Origin: Firmicutes bacterium UBA5509
GTDB taxonomy: Bacteria; Bacillota; Proteinivoracia; UBA4975
Assembly: GCA_002423965.1 (NCBI GenBank)
Contig: DIOR01000019.1
Span: forward strand, 41,103 to 105,102
Direction: 5' to 3'
Length of the DNA: 64,000 bases
Under the pieces are notes generated by a model. The model ran no database searches and was not told where the DNA came from. It saw nothing but the letters and a program-made list of their open reading frames with translations. The translations under genes were made by a program, and so were the position numbers. This document shows positions 55,701-64,000 of this stretch, piece by piece. Position 1 is the first letter of the stretch; each line of letters starts with the position of its first letter.

Positions 55701-57148
55701 TGCTGGCAGGCCACCATCTGAGCCACGATTTCCTCAGCCCCACTGTAGTCATTAGCAGCATATAAGTGTATGGAATGTGCCAACAGTCGCAGCCGGGGCT
55801 CATCCCAGGCTTGCAAAACAGAGAGCCTGTACTTTTCCTCGGCTGAGACAAAGGCAACGGCCTCATAAAAGGAATTTGCGAACATCTCATCATATTGGAG
55901 GTAAGGCAGGGGCAAAGGAAATGGGCTGCCTGGATCTTGCAGGAAGAAGGCTTGCAAGGCATCATCAAAACCATTAATTACTGTTACATGGGCACCCGCT
56001 GCACCGCGCAAAGACATCAGGAGAGGGATGCGGTTACGCAAAGCTGTCTTAACCTGCTCCTGATTCGCCCTGAAGGACACAAAGCTATAACCCTGTGCGT
56101 TCAGCCAAGTGTACAAGTTGTGCATGGGGGTCCCCTCAGCGTCCATCATTCCTTGTCCTATTTCCCACTGATCAACTGAGATTCCATAGTAATCCAGGAT
56201 TATCGACACTGCACAAGGTACGCAGTGATTATGCCGCTGAATCTGCGGATTCAATGTCAGGGACACTCTATCCCAGGGCACATCGATGTTCCAGGTACTG
56301 AGATTTGGCACGAAGCTTTTTTCTCCGGGAGCTAAACTCTTGGAAAAGGTTTCTTTAGCCCCGCTCCAATCCTCTCTACGGTATGCGTTTATCCCTTGTA
56401 ACCAATTCAGGGCAGGAATAAATTCTGCTTCAGGACTAAGCTCCATGATCTTGGCTATAGAATCTTCAAAGGCATCATTTTCACCCAGCAACCACTGGAT
56501 AGTGGCGAAGTAATAAAGGATTTGAGGAGACTGAGGGGATTGTTGCAGGCCGGCAGATAGCCACTGTGCAGCTCCCACCCAATCCTGTTCTAGGGTTTTT
56601 AGGGAAGCCATCATCGGGTAAGTGTTTTCCCGCCCTGGATCCGCCAAGATCGCCTTCTGAAAGCAGGCTGCGCTTTCAGGGATTCGCTCCTGCAGAAGCA
56701 GGTAATACCCCTCCTCATTCAGCACTTCATCCGGTCCCAGTGTTTCTTTCGCCCGCTGGAGACACCGTTCTGCTGAAGTAAAGAGGCGCATTTGAGAAAA
56801 GAGCACGCTTTTTTGGCGCAATACTTTCCCCCGTTCCTGGTCATCTGCAACCAATTGAGCTGCACGCTCTAACAGGCTTTTCGCATCAACCAGCCTCTTG
56901 GCGGACTGGTAGGCATTGGCTAAGCCACAGAGCATCTCTACATTATCTGGGTATTTATACGTCCCCCACCGCCATAAAGACCTCTCCAGGCGGGTGTTTC
57001 CCGCCTGCCAGGCAATTTTCGCCAGTAAGGCTGCCTGCATGGGATCTTGCTTCAGCAAGGATTTTACCTCTTTTAATGCCAGGAAGCAGCAGGCATATCT
57101 CTTGTCTTCAAAATTTCGTTTCAGAGCTGCGAAATCATAGGGTTGCAT
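52715..57148 (-). CDS. 1477-aa TPR-repeat protein with internal C39-like cysteine peptidase domain and C-terminal TM helices
   Basis: QRHNHCVPC (Cys309), AHVTVINGFD (His387), QDP (Asp405); many TPR-like repeats on both sides; ~4 hydrophobic segments at the C-terminus. Confidence 0.85.
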   Translation of the reverse strand: MQPYDFAALKRNFEDKRYACCFLALKEVKSLLKQDPMQAALLAKIAWQAGNTRLERSLWRWGTYKYPDNVEMLCGLANAYQSAKRLVDAKSLLERAAQLVADDQERGKVLRQKSVLFSQMRLFTSAERCLQRAKETLGPDEVLNEEGYYLLLQERIPESAACFQKAILADPGRENTYPMMASLKTLEQDWVGAAQWLSAGLQQSPQSPQILYYFATIQWLLGENDAFEDSIAKIMELSPEAEFIPALNWLQGINAYRREDWSGAKETFSKSLAPGEKSFVPNLSTWNIDVPWDRVSLTLNPQIQRHNHCVPCAVSIILDYYGISVDQWEIGQGMMDAEGTPMHNLYTWLNAQGYSFVSFRANQEQVKTALRNRIPLLMSLRGAAGAHVTVINGFDDALQAFFLQDPGSPFPLPLPYLQYDEMFANSFYEAVAFVSAEEKYRLSVLQAWDEPRLRLLAHSIHLYAANDYSGAEEIVAQMVACQQGKIYYSQFLIDCRPPQVEEADFRLAVEQLWDAPQYLEFFRLRVINSLLGRGLLSEASDRMKTLRDRELGWYGTLLQARLALFHDEDLEKALAIARKAVRVYPESVESLAILGQVLMNQGEFSLAEEYFNWALELQPGRDWLYANLGENHLRQGQYAQAEECFKKALAMDSEDCWTLEHLGLCYLEQLQYDEAADCFRKVISLEPQRPWPYEYFSRINEMLGNFRGVINWLKHGLTVTEEHPELLGSLGRILFERERYSEALTYLVKSMEKQDDLKVSALISSCLLETGRPEEAEETIETALGKQPNSPYLHAQCAHILERAGQEEKAFVHLEKAIELDPTYQWPLDQLLDLCKKGNTAKGKQVIEGILFKLGPSEDLLCYLGSLWEVEGEMEQAKVLYHQALGLESDGVFPRYRLAEIQRCEKRWTEAETSYTELLKSADPPPGVYFSLADLYRQTDRLAEAKTMLRQISGKFKDDPYYWNSLISFLDDAGIVQEFDSFLPLLPAGYLHSKLVHARYLEAVGQVNEAAVLLESYLAANSDDLKSLNEVAIHFERHAHLSEAEKKWAQSFRRDGTEKALAGLMRTLYNLDKLEDLQIHINDPRLTPKQKRDAYIGLAIWLYEDCRYHEASTWLNTDVVMENAEDYIYTYLAASLHRSRQGDEAIATISKAYSLFPDNINVIFWYGNILSDRGEWQSALQAYERLYECYSETEQKAYALAMQGYCLSWMGKPQSAQGKFRDALGLDSMEEIAASNLATDCLKQGLFSEALTILQPIIDSGGGINMPCLISNFLKAAFSIGLPGEQHWLDLAKQRLKDIRTYGNAGHMELKILETISKELAVELKDTEAQKEVGPKNWFAKQFTKYKVWRRFVPRNKLKWISIVCLLGFISLVAFEDVYLYTYIMPENTFLFAGCLLLSILTIFHAKWATKILAAIVTFTALISVLSLPVLQDLIIDKAYVEASVFALQTTLLAIASFTLLTLTSKTRNFKHLNPPY

Positions 57149-57429
57149 AGTATCCCACCTAACATTCAGCTATAAAATACTATTCTGCGTAAGAACCCTA
57201 TTTCCTTCCACATATGACAAGTCCCTCCCCTAAAACAAGCGAAAAAAACCACGGAGCATTACGCCGTGGAATAGCTAGTACGTCTAATTTAATTTCTCAC
57301 TAAGGATAGCTTTCACAGCCAAATTAATTTTCTACACCCCAAGCAACAATCAATTAAAGCTAAATAAATTGAAATAGGGGGCCTTCTGAGGGTTATCCCT
57401 CATAAGGCCCTTTATACAATCAAAATAAC

Positions 57430-58083
57430 TTATTTGTGGATTTCCCAGACAAAGGTGGCAGAGTCGTTGAGATCAATATCGTCTGGTACAAAGTCGATTG
57501 ATTTTGCTGCCAGTATGGGTGGCGCTTCATTGAGGACGAAATTTGTTTTAGAAACGACACTAATCTCACCCCAGCTATAATTTATAGACATTAGGTCTCC
57601 CAAAGTCACACCGGAGGCCTCACATAATATTTGAGCTTTACTCCGGGCATTGTCGGCGGCAGATTTCAGCAGCTCGTCCTTTATCTCATTGGGATCCTTT
57701 ATCGTGAAATCCACAGATAAATGAGGTTCAGCCAGACACTGGGCAATAGCAGATAAAGCACTGGCCAAGCGTTTGGTATCAAAATCAAACTCCAGCTTCA
57801 AGCGGTGATTGACCACGTAACCCCTAAAAACATTCTTGTAATTGCCATACTTATCCTTGACATTATCGTATTTTGTTCCAACGTTAAAACTAGTGGTCTT
57901 GATGGAGCTTTTTTCGAACCCCACGCCAACCAAGCTTTCATCTAGCTGGGCAATCTTATCTGTGGCAATATCTATTGCCTTTTCGTATTGTTTATCTATT
58001 GCTTCCAGCCCCATCGTAAGCACTACATAATCCGGCTTAGCAGATATCTTCCCTTTTCCGGTAACAGTAATAGCTTTGTTCAC
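57430..58083 (-). CDS. SIMPL (DUF541) domain protein
   Basis: ITVTGKGKISAKPD, IKTTSFNV, A..NARSKA..L..ASGV.LG; no signal peptide. Confidence 0.82.
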   Translation of the reverse strand: MNKAITVTGKGKISAKPDYVVLTMGLEAIDKQYEKAIDIATDKIAQLDESLVGVGFEKSSIKTTSFNVGTKYDNVKDKYGNYKNVFRGYVVNHRLKLEFDFDTKRLASALSAIAQCLAEPHLSVDFTIKDPNEIKDELLKSAADNARSKAQILCEASGVTLGDLMSINYSWGEISVVSKTNFVLNEAPPILAAKSIDFVPDDIDLNDSATFVWEIHK

Positions 58084-58171
58084 AATATCCTCCTGTCTTG
58101 TCTTTCCTAAGAACGACTGTTCATAACTTAGATTAATTGTACTATGTCTTCCCCAGATTGTACCAAATTCC

Positions 58172-58813
58172 TTAGCGGTTTACCAGGATTAGTAGGATGC
58201 AGGTAATGACGACGAATAGTGAGGTTATTAATACACCAAAATTAAAGAAGGCTTTCTTATCATTTGTCTCCCGTTCAGGGGCCAAGTTGCTCTTCCGGAG
58301 GACAGTAACCACCGGCTTATATAGCAACATGGTTAGGGCAGAGTTAAGAGTACTCTTTAACAGGTTAAAGGGCAAGAAAATGGTCGGCAGCATTTTTACT
58401 ACTTCCTCTCGGGCTATTCCCATGTACACCGGGGTTACAATGTAATTCCAAAGCAGCATCGAAGCTGTCATTGCCAGGCTACCTAGGATAAGGCCGATTA
58501 CTGCCCCTGTTAGGGTGCGCTTGCGCTTATAGACAAAGGCGGCTATGCAGGCAAAGGCACAGGTAGATATTACATTCATTAGAAGACCGATAACACCTGT
58601 ATCACTGACAGTTACCATCTCTACCAAGGACACAACCAAAGAAACGAGGAAGGCAGATAACGGACCAAAGATAAAGCCGCCAATGGTGATAATTACATCC
58701 TTGGGATCTAATTTTAAAAATAAAAATACGGGGATTCGCCCAAAGACCATTACCACGTAGGCAATAGCACTTAGCATTGCCAGGGTGACATATTTTTTAG
58801 TATTAGTTCGCAT
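58172..58813 (-). CDS. ribU: ECF transporter S component, riboflavin-specific by riboswitch context
   Basis: LAMLSAIAY, LKLDP.D, GFIFGP, PFNLLK; FMN riboswitch directly upstream; start ATG 58813 after GGGAGGGG. Confidence 0.78.
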   Translation of the reverse strand: MRTNTKKYVTLAMLSAIAYVVMVFGRIPVFLFLKLDPKDVIITIGGFIFGPLSAFLVSLVVSLVEMVTVSDTGVIGLLMNVISTCAFACIAAFVYKRKRTLTGAVIGLILGSLAMTASMLLWNYIVTPVYMGIAREEVVKMLPTIFLPFNLLKSTLNSALTMLLYKPVVTVLRKSNLAPERETNDKKAFFNFGVLITSLFVVITCILLILVNR

Positions 58814-58837
58814 AAAAACCCCTCCCAAAATTAATAA

Positions 58838-58864
58838 CACCTGAAAGACAGTGCCTTTCAGGTG
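58838..58864 (-). terminator. Riboswitch expression-platform terminator
   Basis: Minus strand CACCTGAAAG-gcactgt-CTTTCAGGTG followed by TTATTAATTTT. Confidence 0.7.
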
Positions 58865-58886
58865 AATATCAAGCGGAACCAACCTT

Positions 58887-58996
58887 GCCTTCTTTCATCC
58901 AGACTATACTGTCGGTTTTTGGAATTTCACCAAATCAGCACTTGCGCGCTCGCGGACTATACCGCCGGTCGGGAATTTCACCCTGCCCTGAAGACA
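58887..58996 (-). ncRNA. FMN riboswitch (RFN element)
   Basis: Minus strand GTCTTCAGGGCAGGGTGAAATTCCCGACCGGCGGTATAGTCCGCGAG...GATTTGGTGAAATTCCAAAAACCGACAGTATAGTCTGGATGAAAGAAGGC. Confidence 0.95.
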
Positions 58997-59018
58997 CCAG
59001 TATTTAGTTGTCAGTGAT

Positions 59019-59046
59019 ATTATAGCACTGCTACCCAAAAAAACAA
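59019..59046 (-). promoter_or_regulatory. Extended -10 sigma-A promoter for FMN riboswitch-ribU
   Basis: Minus strand TTGTTT...TGcTATAAT ~20 nt upstream of the aptamer. Confidence 0.65.
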
Positions 59047-59330
59047 TAGGGAGAGATTAAGGTATATTTACCGGGAAATATGTTGGTTAGCCCCGAAAAA
59101 AGTATTCCTGTCATTGGAATTTTGTAGAATAAGGGTTGGACAGGGAAAAAAGGCATCGTTATAGAAGATTAGTGGTGAAATGCATGCCTCATAAGCCAGC
59201 ATAATTACCAATAAATTTTGGTCAATCGGAGATTTTTACTCATTCGGTTAATCAATCTTCGGTTTCAGTAATATATAGCTCCTATCCAGGCTTCTCCTAG
59301 AACACGGAAATAGAAAGAAAGGGTGGTAAC

Positions 59331-61268
59331 ATGCTGATATTAAACCAGGAGCAAAAGAAAATAGTTGAAGATACTGAAGGGGTTAAGCTGGTAGTATCCG
59401 GACCCGGCACTGGCAAGACAACAACTGTTACCCACTTTCTTGCCAATCTTTTGGCCACAGGCAAAAAACCTGACGAAATCCTGGCTGTTACATTTACCGT
59501 AAAAGCTGCCCGAGAAATGAAAGAACGGGTTCGAGTCTTGACTAGCGTATGGCCTGATGTCTCTACCATTCATAGTTTCGCTCGGAGTGTGCTATGCATC
59601 TTTCCCCCCAAGGGGTTCACTGCAGACTTTTCAATAATTGATGAGAAGTTCCAATGGAGGTTAATCGAACGACTGCTTGCCAAAGCAAAACTAAGTATGC
59701 ACCCCCAGGAGGTCAAAGAACTTTTAACTCTGGCTCGCAATACCCGGGACAATAGAATTCTCGAGAAAAGAAAACTTAGCGGTCTATACAATGAGTATAT
59801 GCAGGAACTAAGGTCCAATAACTCTATGGATTTTGATGCCCTCCAGACTTGGGCTGCATGGACCTTTGAGAACAATCCTGATGCCTTAGAATTATACAGG
59901 GATAAGTACTACTACATACTCATAGATGAATTCCAGGATACATCCCAAATTCAGTATGCATTATTGCGACCATTGGTCGCCAACAACCTCCTCTGTGTCG
60001 GAGACTTTGACCAGAGCATTTATGGCTTCCGGGGTGCAGATGTCAACCTGATTCTAAACTTAAAAAATGATTACCCTGACCTCACTACTCATTTTTTGAA
60101 GGAGAATTATCGCTCCACAAAGACAATAGTTAAGGCAGCTAATGCGCTTATTGTTAATAATAAAAAGCGCCAACAAAAACCTCATTTCACCAACAGGCCG
60201 GAAGGGAAGGGGATAATCTGCAAACCCTGTGCCGACCCAAGTACTGAGGCTGAGTATATTGCAAGAGAGATTCAAGATTCAGTCCAGGATGGGGATGCCA
60301 GGTGGGCAAGTTTTGCCGTTCTTTACCGAAACAATATCTTAAGTGTTCCGATTGCTAAGGCGTTATCAAAAAGGAAAATTCCCTTCCAGATCATAGGGGA
60401 TAAAGATTTCTTTGATCTTCCCGAAATAAAAAACATCCTTTGTTTTTTTAGGCTGCTTGCCCAGCCTGATGACCAAGAATCTAAAGGGGATGCAATTTCG
60501 GTGTTAAACAATTTGGGAGTAAGAGCTTCCCGGGCTGAACTTCCTTCCCTTCTTAAACATCTGGATTTTCAAGGAGATTTGGTAGGCATCTATAACGCCA
60601 TTTTAGAGCAAACCGGCATGATGAAGGAATTAGAACGGAATACTAGCCAGTCTGGACTTAATGCTCTTGAGAACGTAAAAGAACTAGAAAATATTTTGAT
60701 TGATATGGAAAACAAAAACCTAGAAGCTTTTCTTTATGATATTGAGGAAACCCGCTCCAGCGATAAAAAAGATGCTGTCAATTTGCTTACCATTCACAAA
60801 GCAAAGGGGCTGGAGTTTGAGACAGTGTTTATTTGCGCCCTGGATGACGATACACTTCCAAACTATAAAAGCCAAAACAGAGAGGCTATTGAAGAAGAAA
60901 GACGTTTATTGTATGTGGCCTTAACAAGGGCAAAAAATCGTCTTTACTTAACCTATCCCAGAAAAAAGACAGTAAAGAAGGCAAAGATTCGATTGTCCCC
61001 TTCCCGGTTTATGCGGGAACTGGAACTCGAGGTGAAGTCTAATCCTTCTGTAACGGTTACGGGAAATATAAGCGCGGCATTCCGAGGCCGCCCTGATTAC
61101 CGAGCGGAGGCAGAGGCCAGTCGCAAAGAAAACCCACAGGGACCGTGGGTGGATAGCACTGGCAACCGCTGGGGTATATGCAAGCGTTGTTCGGAGTTTA
61201 CCCGTTACTGGCGGAGTTTGGACGGAGACACAAATATGTGTGAATGTAATGATTGCCGGGATAAATAG
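59331..61268 (+). CDS. UvrD/Rep/PcrA-like SF1 helicase with Cys-rich C-terminal extension
   Basis: SGPGTGKT, IDEFQD, GDFDQSIYGFRGA, NYRS, TIHKAKGLEF, EERRLLYVALTRAK; tail WGICKRC...CECNDC. Confidence 0.9.
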   Translation: MLILNQEQKKIVEDTEGVKLVVSGPGTGKTTTVTHFLANLLATGKKPDEILAVTFTVKAAREMKERVRVLTSVWPDVSTIHSFARSVLCIFPPKGFTADFSIIDEKFQWRLIERLLAKAKLSMHPQEVKELLTLARNTRDNRILEKRKLSGLYNEYMQELRSNNSMDFDALQTWAAWTFENNPDALELYRDKYYYILIDEFQDTSQIQYALLRPLVANNLLCVGDFDQSIYGFRGADVNLILNLKNDYPDLTTHFLKENYRSTKTIVKAANALIVNNKKRQQKPHFTNRPEGKGIICKPCADPSTEAEYIAREIQDSVQDGDARWASFAVLYRNNILSVPIAKALSKRKIPFQIIGDKDFFDLPEIKNILCFFRLLAQPDDQESKGDAISVLNNLGVRASRAELPSLLKHLDFQGDLVGIYNAILEQTGMMKELERNTSQSGLNALENVKELENILIDMENKNLEAFLYDIEETRSSDKKDAVNLLTIHKAKGLEFETVFICALDDDTLPNYKSQNREAIEEERRLLYVALTRAKNRLYLTYPRKKTVKKAKIRLSPSRFMRELELEVKSNPSVTVTGNISAAFRGRPDYRAEAEASRKENPQGPWVDSTGNRWGICKRCSEFTRYWRSLDGDTNMCECNDCRDK

Positions 61269-61476
61269 CTTCTTCCCAAGATACGTATTTCCAGTAACAT
61301 GGAAAAGAAAGGAGAAGGATGTCGATTTGTCGAAGTAATTGTAATGTCATAGCCTTATGGTAATATGTAATTTACATGCTCTTGAATCATGGACCCGGTT
61401 TACCAACATCCCCATCTAATACCCTGATTCCATATTTAATCTAGGCATTTTTATACGTACTTAAAGGGGTGGTTGG

Positions 61477-63837
61477 ATGCGCAATTCCTTCACCGGACGG
61501 GAAGACCACCTGATCCGCTATCTATATGACTGTATTGAACGGGCTGAAAGAATCCGGTTTATTGTTGCTTTCCTGATGGAATCAGGTGCCAAACTACTGG
61601 GTTCACAATTAGCAGATGCTGCCAACAGGGGTATACCTATTCAAATCTTAACAGGTAGGTACATGTCCATAACAGAACCGTCGGCCATTTACCATCTTTA
61701 TAATGTTCTGGGAAGTGACGTGGAAGTACGTTTCTTCAGCGACAATGTCCGCTCCTTCCATCCCAAGGCCTATCTCTTTGATTATAAAGATGACAGCGAA
61801 ATAATTATTGGCTCATCAAATATCTCTTATAGCGCCCTGACCTCTGGGGTGGAGTGGAACTACCGCCTCCGCAGGAGCTTGTCCCCGTTAGACTATGATA
61901 TGTTCGCCAACACCTTCGATGAACTGTTTAGTGGCCATTCTGTTCCGGCAACGGATGAAGAGCTCAAGAAATACTCCTTCTCATGGCGCAAGCCGAGATT
62001 GGGGGTCCTGAAGTCCACCCAAGAGCAGCCCCATATCCCAGAACCAACAGGAGCACAGATTGAAGCGCTCTACCAGCTAAGAAAAGCTCGGGAAGAGGGC
62101 ATCAATAAGGGCCTGGTAGTAGCTGCCACCGGCGTGGGCAAGACCTATCTCAGTGCATTCGACTCCCAAGAATATAAAAAGATCTTGTATGTCGCCCATC
62201 GGGAGGAAATCCTGCGCCAAGCCGCAGCTACTTTCGCCACTGTGCGCCCAAAAGCAAAAATAGGATTCTATTTCGGTCAGCAAAAGGACAATAATGCAGA
62301 CATTCTATTCGCGACAGTGCAGACTCTGGCCCGGGAGCCCCACCTGCATAATTTCTCTCCAGACTCCTTTGCTTACGTTATAGTGGACGAGTTCCACCAT
62401 GCGGCAGCAGACAGCTACGTCAAGGTAATTAACTATTTTAAACCGCAATTTCTATTGGGACTAACGGCTACCCCCTTCCGCACAGATAACAAAGACATTT
62501 TCGCCCTCTGCGGGGATAATGTCATTTACGAGATATACCTGAAGGATGCAATCCACAGAGATCTATTGGTTCCCTTCAGGTATTTCGGTATATACGATGC
62601 CGAAACAGATTACAGTCAAATCGAAACCCGCAATGGCCAGTATGTGGTGGAGCAATTGGAGAAGGAACTGTCCCGTAAGGAAAGGGCAGATCTGGTTCTG
62701 GAAAAATACCGCTCGATGGCCGGGCGAAGGACTCTAGGCTTCTGTGTCAGTATTGACCACGCCGAGTACATGGCGCAGCACTTTGCAACTAACGGTATCA
62801 AGGCGGTAGCGGTGCATAGCGGCGTTACCACTGAGTTTTCCCAGGACAGAAAACTGGCCGTGCCCGCCCTGAAGCAAGGAGAGCTGGAAGTAATATTTGC
62901 AGTGGACATCTTCAATGAAGGGGTGGACATCCCGTCCCTGGACACAGTCATGTTCCTGCGACCCACGGAGTCATTTATTGTCTTTCTGCAGCAGTTGGGC
63001 AGGGGGCTTAGGAAGTATCCAGATAAGGAATACCTGACAGTCTTAGATTTTATCGGGAACTATAAGCGCGCCCATTATATCCCCGCCCTTCTAGCAGGGG
63101 AAAACCCTCTGCGGGAAACTTCGGCGACATATAAGCCCTATAACAAGGATTACCCGGATGGCTGCTATGTCCAATTTGATTTCCGACTTCTGGACCTGTT
63201 CCGGGAGATGGCCAAGTCTGACCCTCTGCCCAAGAGGATGAGGGATGAGTACCAAAGGATTAAGGAAGATTTGGGCCGGCGCCCCACCCGGATAGACATG
63301 TACTACCGCTCAGATATTCCTATCAGAGAGTATCTAACAGAAGGATGGCTATCTTGGCTGGACAAGATGGATGAGCTAACACAGGAGGAACTTTCCTGGC
63401 TAGGCACCCCTGTAGAGGAATTTCTCATTGATATCGAGAAGACCAGCATGAGCAAGGCTTATAAGATGCCCACCATCGGCTCTTTGCTAAATAATGATGG
63501 AATCAGCAAGGGAGTTAGTTTGGAAACCATCGGACAGAATTTCATGGATTTCTATGTCAACACGCCCTCGCATCAGAAGGACCTTAGAGACAAGAGCAAC
63601 AGGAACTGGCGCAGTTGGGATGTCGGCAAATTTACCAGCCTAGCCAGGAAAAACCCGGTACACTTCTTGTCCAAGAGCCGCAAGTTCTTTCACTATGATG
63701 AGATTAACAGAGTCTTTTACCTGGACGATGGCCTGGACCAATTCTTAACCCCTGCCCTGGCGCAACATGTAAGGGACATTTTGGACTATAAAACCACTCA
63801 TTATTTTAGGAGGAGATTCTGGGAGGAGGACGACTGA
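61477..63837 (+). CDS. PLD-nuclease / SF2 (ResIII-type) helicase fusion
   Basis: FHPKAY...IIGSSN PLD motif; ATGVGKT, DEFHH, GLTATP, FNEGVDIP, QQLGRGLR; unassigned C-terminal ~200 aa. Confidence 0.88.
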   Translation: MRNSFTGREDHLIRYLYDCIERAERIRFIVAFLMESGAKLLGSQLADAANRGIPIQILTGRYMSITEPSAIYHLYNVLGSDVEVRFFSDNVRSFHPKAYLFDYKDDSEIIIGSSNISYSALTSGVEWNYRLRRSLSPLDYDMFANTFDELFSGHSVPATDEELKKYSFSWRKPRLGVLKSTQEQPHIPEPTGAQIEALYQLRKAREEGINKGLVVAATGVGKTYLSAFDSQEYKKILYVAHREEILRQAAATFATVRPKAKIGFYFGQQKDNNADILFATVQTLAREPHLHNFSPDSFAYVIVDEFHHAAADSYVKVINYFKPQFLLGLTATPFRTDNKDIFALCGDNVIYEIYLKDAIHRDLLVPFRYFGIYDAETDYSQIETRNGQYVVEQLEKELSRKERADLVLEKYRSMAGRRTLGFCVSIDHAEYMAQHFATNGIKAVAVHSGVTTEFSQDRKLAVPALKQGELEVIFAVDIFNEGVDIPSLDTVMFLRPTESFIVFLQQLGRGLRKYPDKEYLTVLDFIGNYKRAHYIPALLAGENPLRETSATYKPYNKDYPDGCYVQFDFRLLDLFREMAKSDPLPKRMRDEYQRIKEDLGRRPTRIDMYYRSDIPIREYLTEGWLSWLDKMDELTQEELSWLGTPVEEFLIDIEKTSMSKAYKMPTIGSLLNNDGISKGVSLETIGQNFMDFYVNTPSHQKDLRDKSNRNWRSWDVGKFTSLARKNPVHFLSKSRKFFHYDEINRVFYLDDGLDQFLTPALAQHVRDILDYKTTHYFRRRFWEEDD

Positions 63838-64000
63838 TGAAGGATGAGGAATGCATTTTCTGCAAGGAACCGGAAACAGAGTTGCTTTGCGAGAATGAAC
63901 TGGCCAGGGCTTTCATTGACAAATTCCCTGTTAATGAGGGCCATGTGCTCATCACTCCCAAAAGGCATGCCGTAACATATTTTGATGCCACTAAAGAAGA
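63837..64000 (+). CDS. HIT family protein (3' truncated; not in ORF track)
   Basis: ATG overlaps upstream TGA; MKDEECIFC...ENELARAFIDKFPVNEGHVLITPKRHAVTYFDAT is a typical HIT N-terminus; the HxHxH motif would lie beyond the window. Confidence 0.8.
   Translation, partial: MKDEECIFCKEPETELLCENELARAFIDKFPVNEGHVLITPKRHAVTYFDATKE

Noticed and set aside
59331-61268. Gabija (GajB) assignment for the UvrD-like gene
   Set aside because: No upstream OLD-family ATPase/TOPRIM (GajA) gene; protein is larger with its own tail
1-64000. rRNA, tRNA, integrase or IS transposase genes
   Set aside because: None recognised; intergenic gaps are short and explained by promoters, terminators or the riboswitch

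Overview
64 kb from a spore-forming, probably anaerobic amino-acid-fermenting Bacillota (Clostridia-like; taxonomy inferred from gene content). It opens with the conserved ecfT-truA-rplM-rpsI block, then yheC/D-like, natAB and cwlD genes. The centrepiece is a ~13.5 kb same-strand cluster behind a near-consensus sigma-54 promoter, with a RocR-like activator upstream. It holds the oxidative ornithine pathway (ord, ortAB, oraSE, reactivase, orr), an AmmeMemoRadiSam gene pair, arcC, arcB and an ArcE-type (arginine synthetase-like) P-loop protein; no arginine deiminase is in the window. Downstream are a TldD/TldE pair whose TldD has lost its zinc-protease motifs, cdaA-glmM without cdaR, an ABC importer, a fungal-EGCrP-like GH5, REP-like repeats, hflKC, an opp operon and an orphan DNA methyltransferase. 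These are followed by a probable spore-surface glycan operon (one gene broken by an in-frame TAA), a 1477-aa TPR/C39-protease/membrane protein and an FMN riboswitch with ribU. The window ends with a defence-like module: UvrD with a Cys-rich tail, a PLD-SF2 helicase and a HIT gene. No rRNA, tRNA, CRISPR array or transposase was seen. All family assignments are from motif recognition by eye, not database searches.
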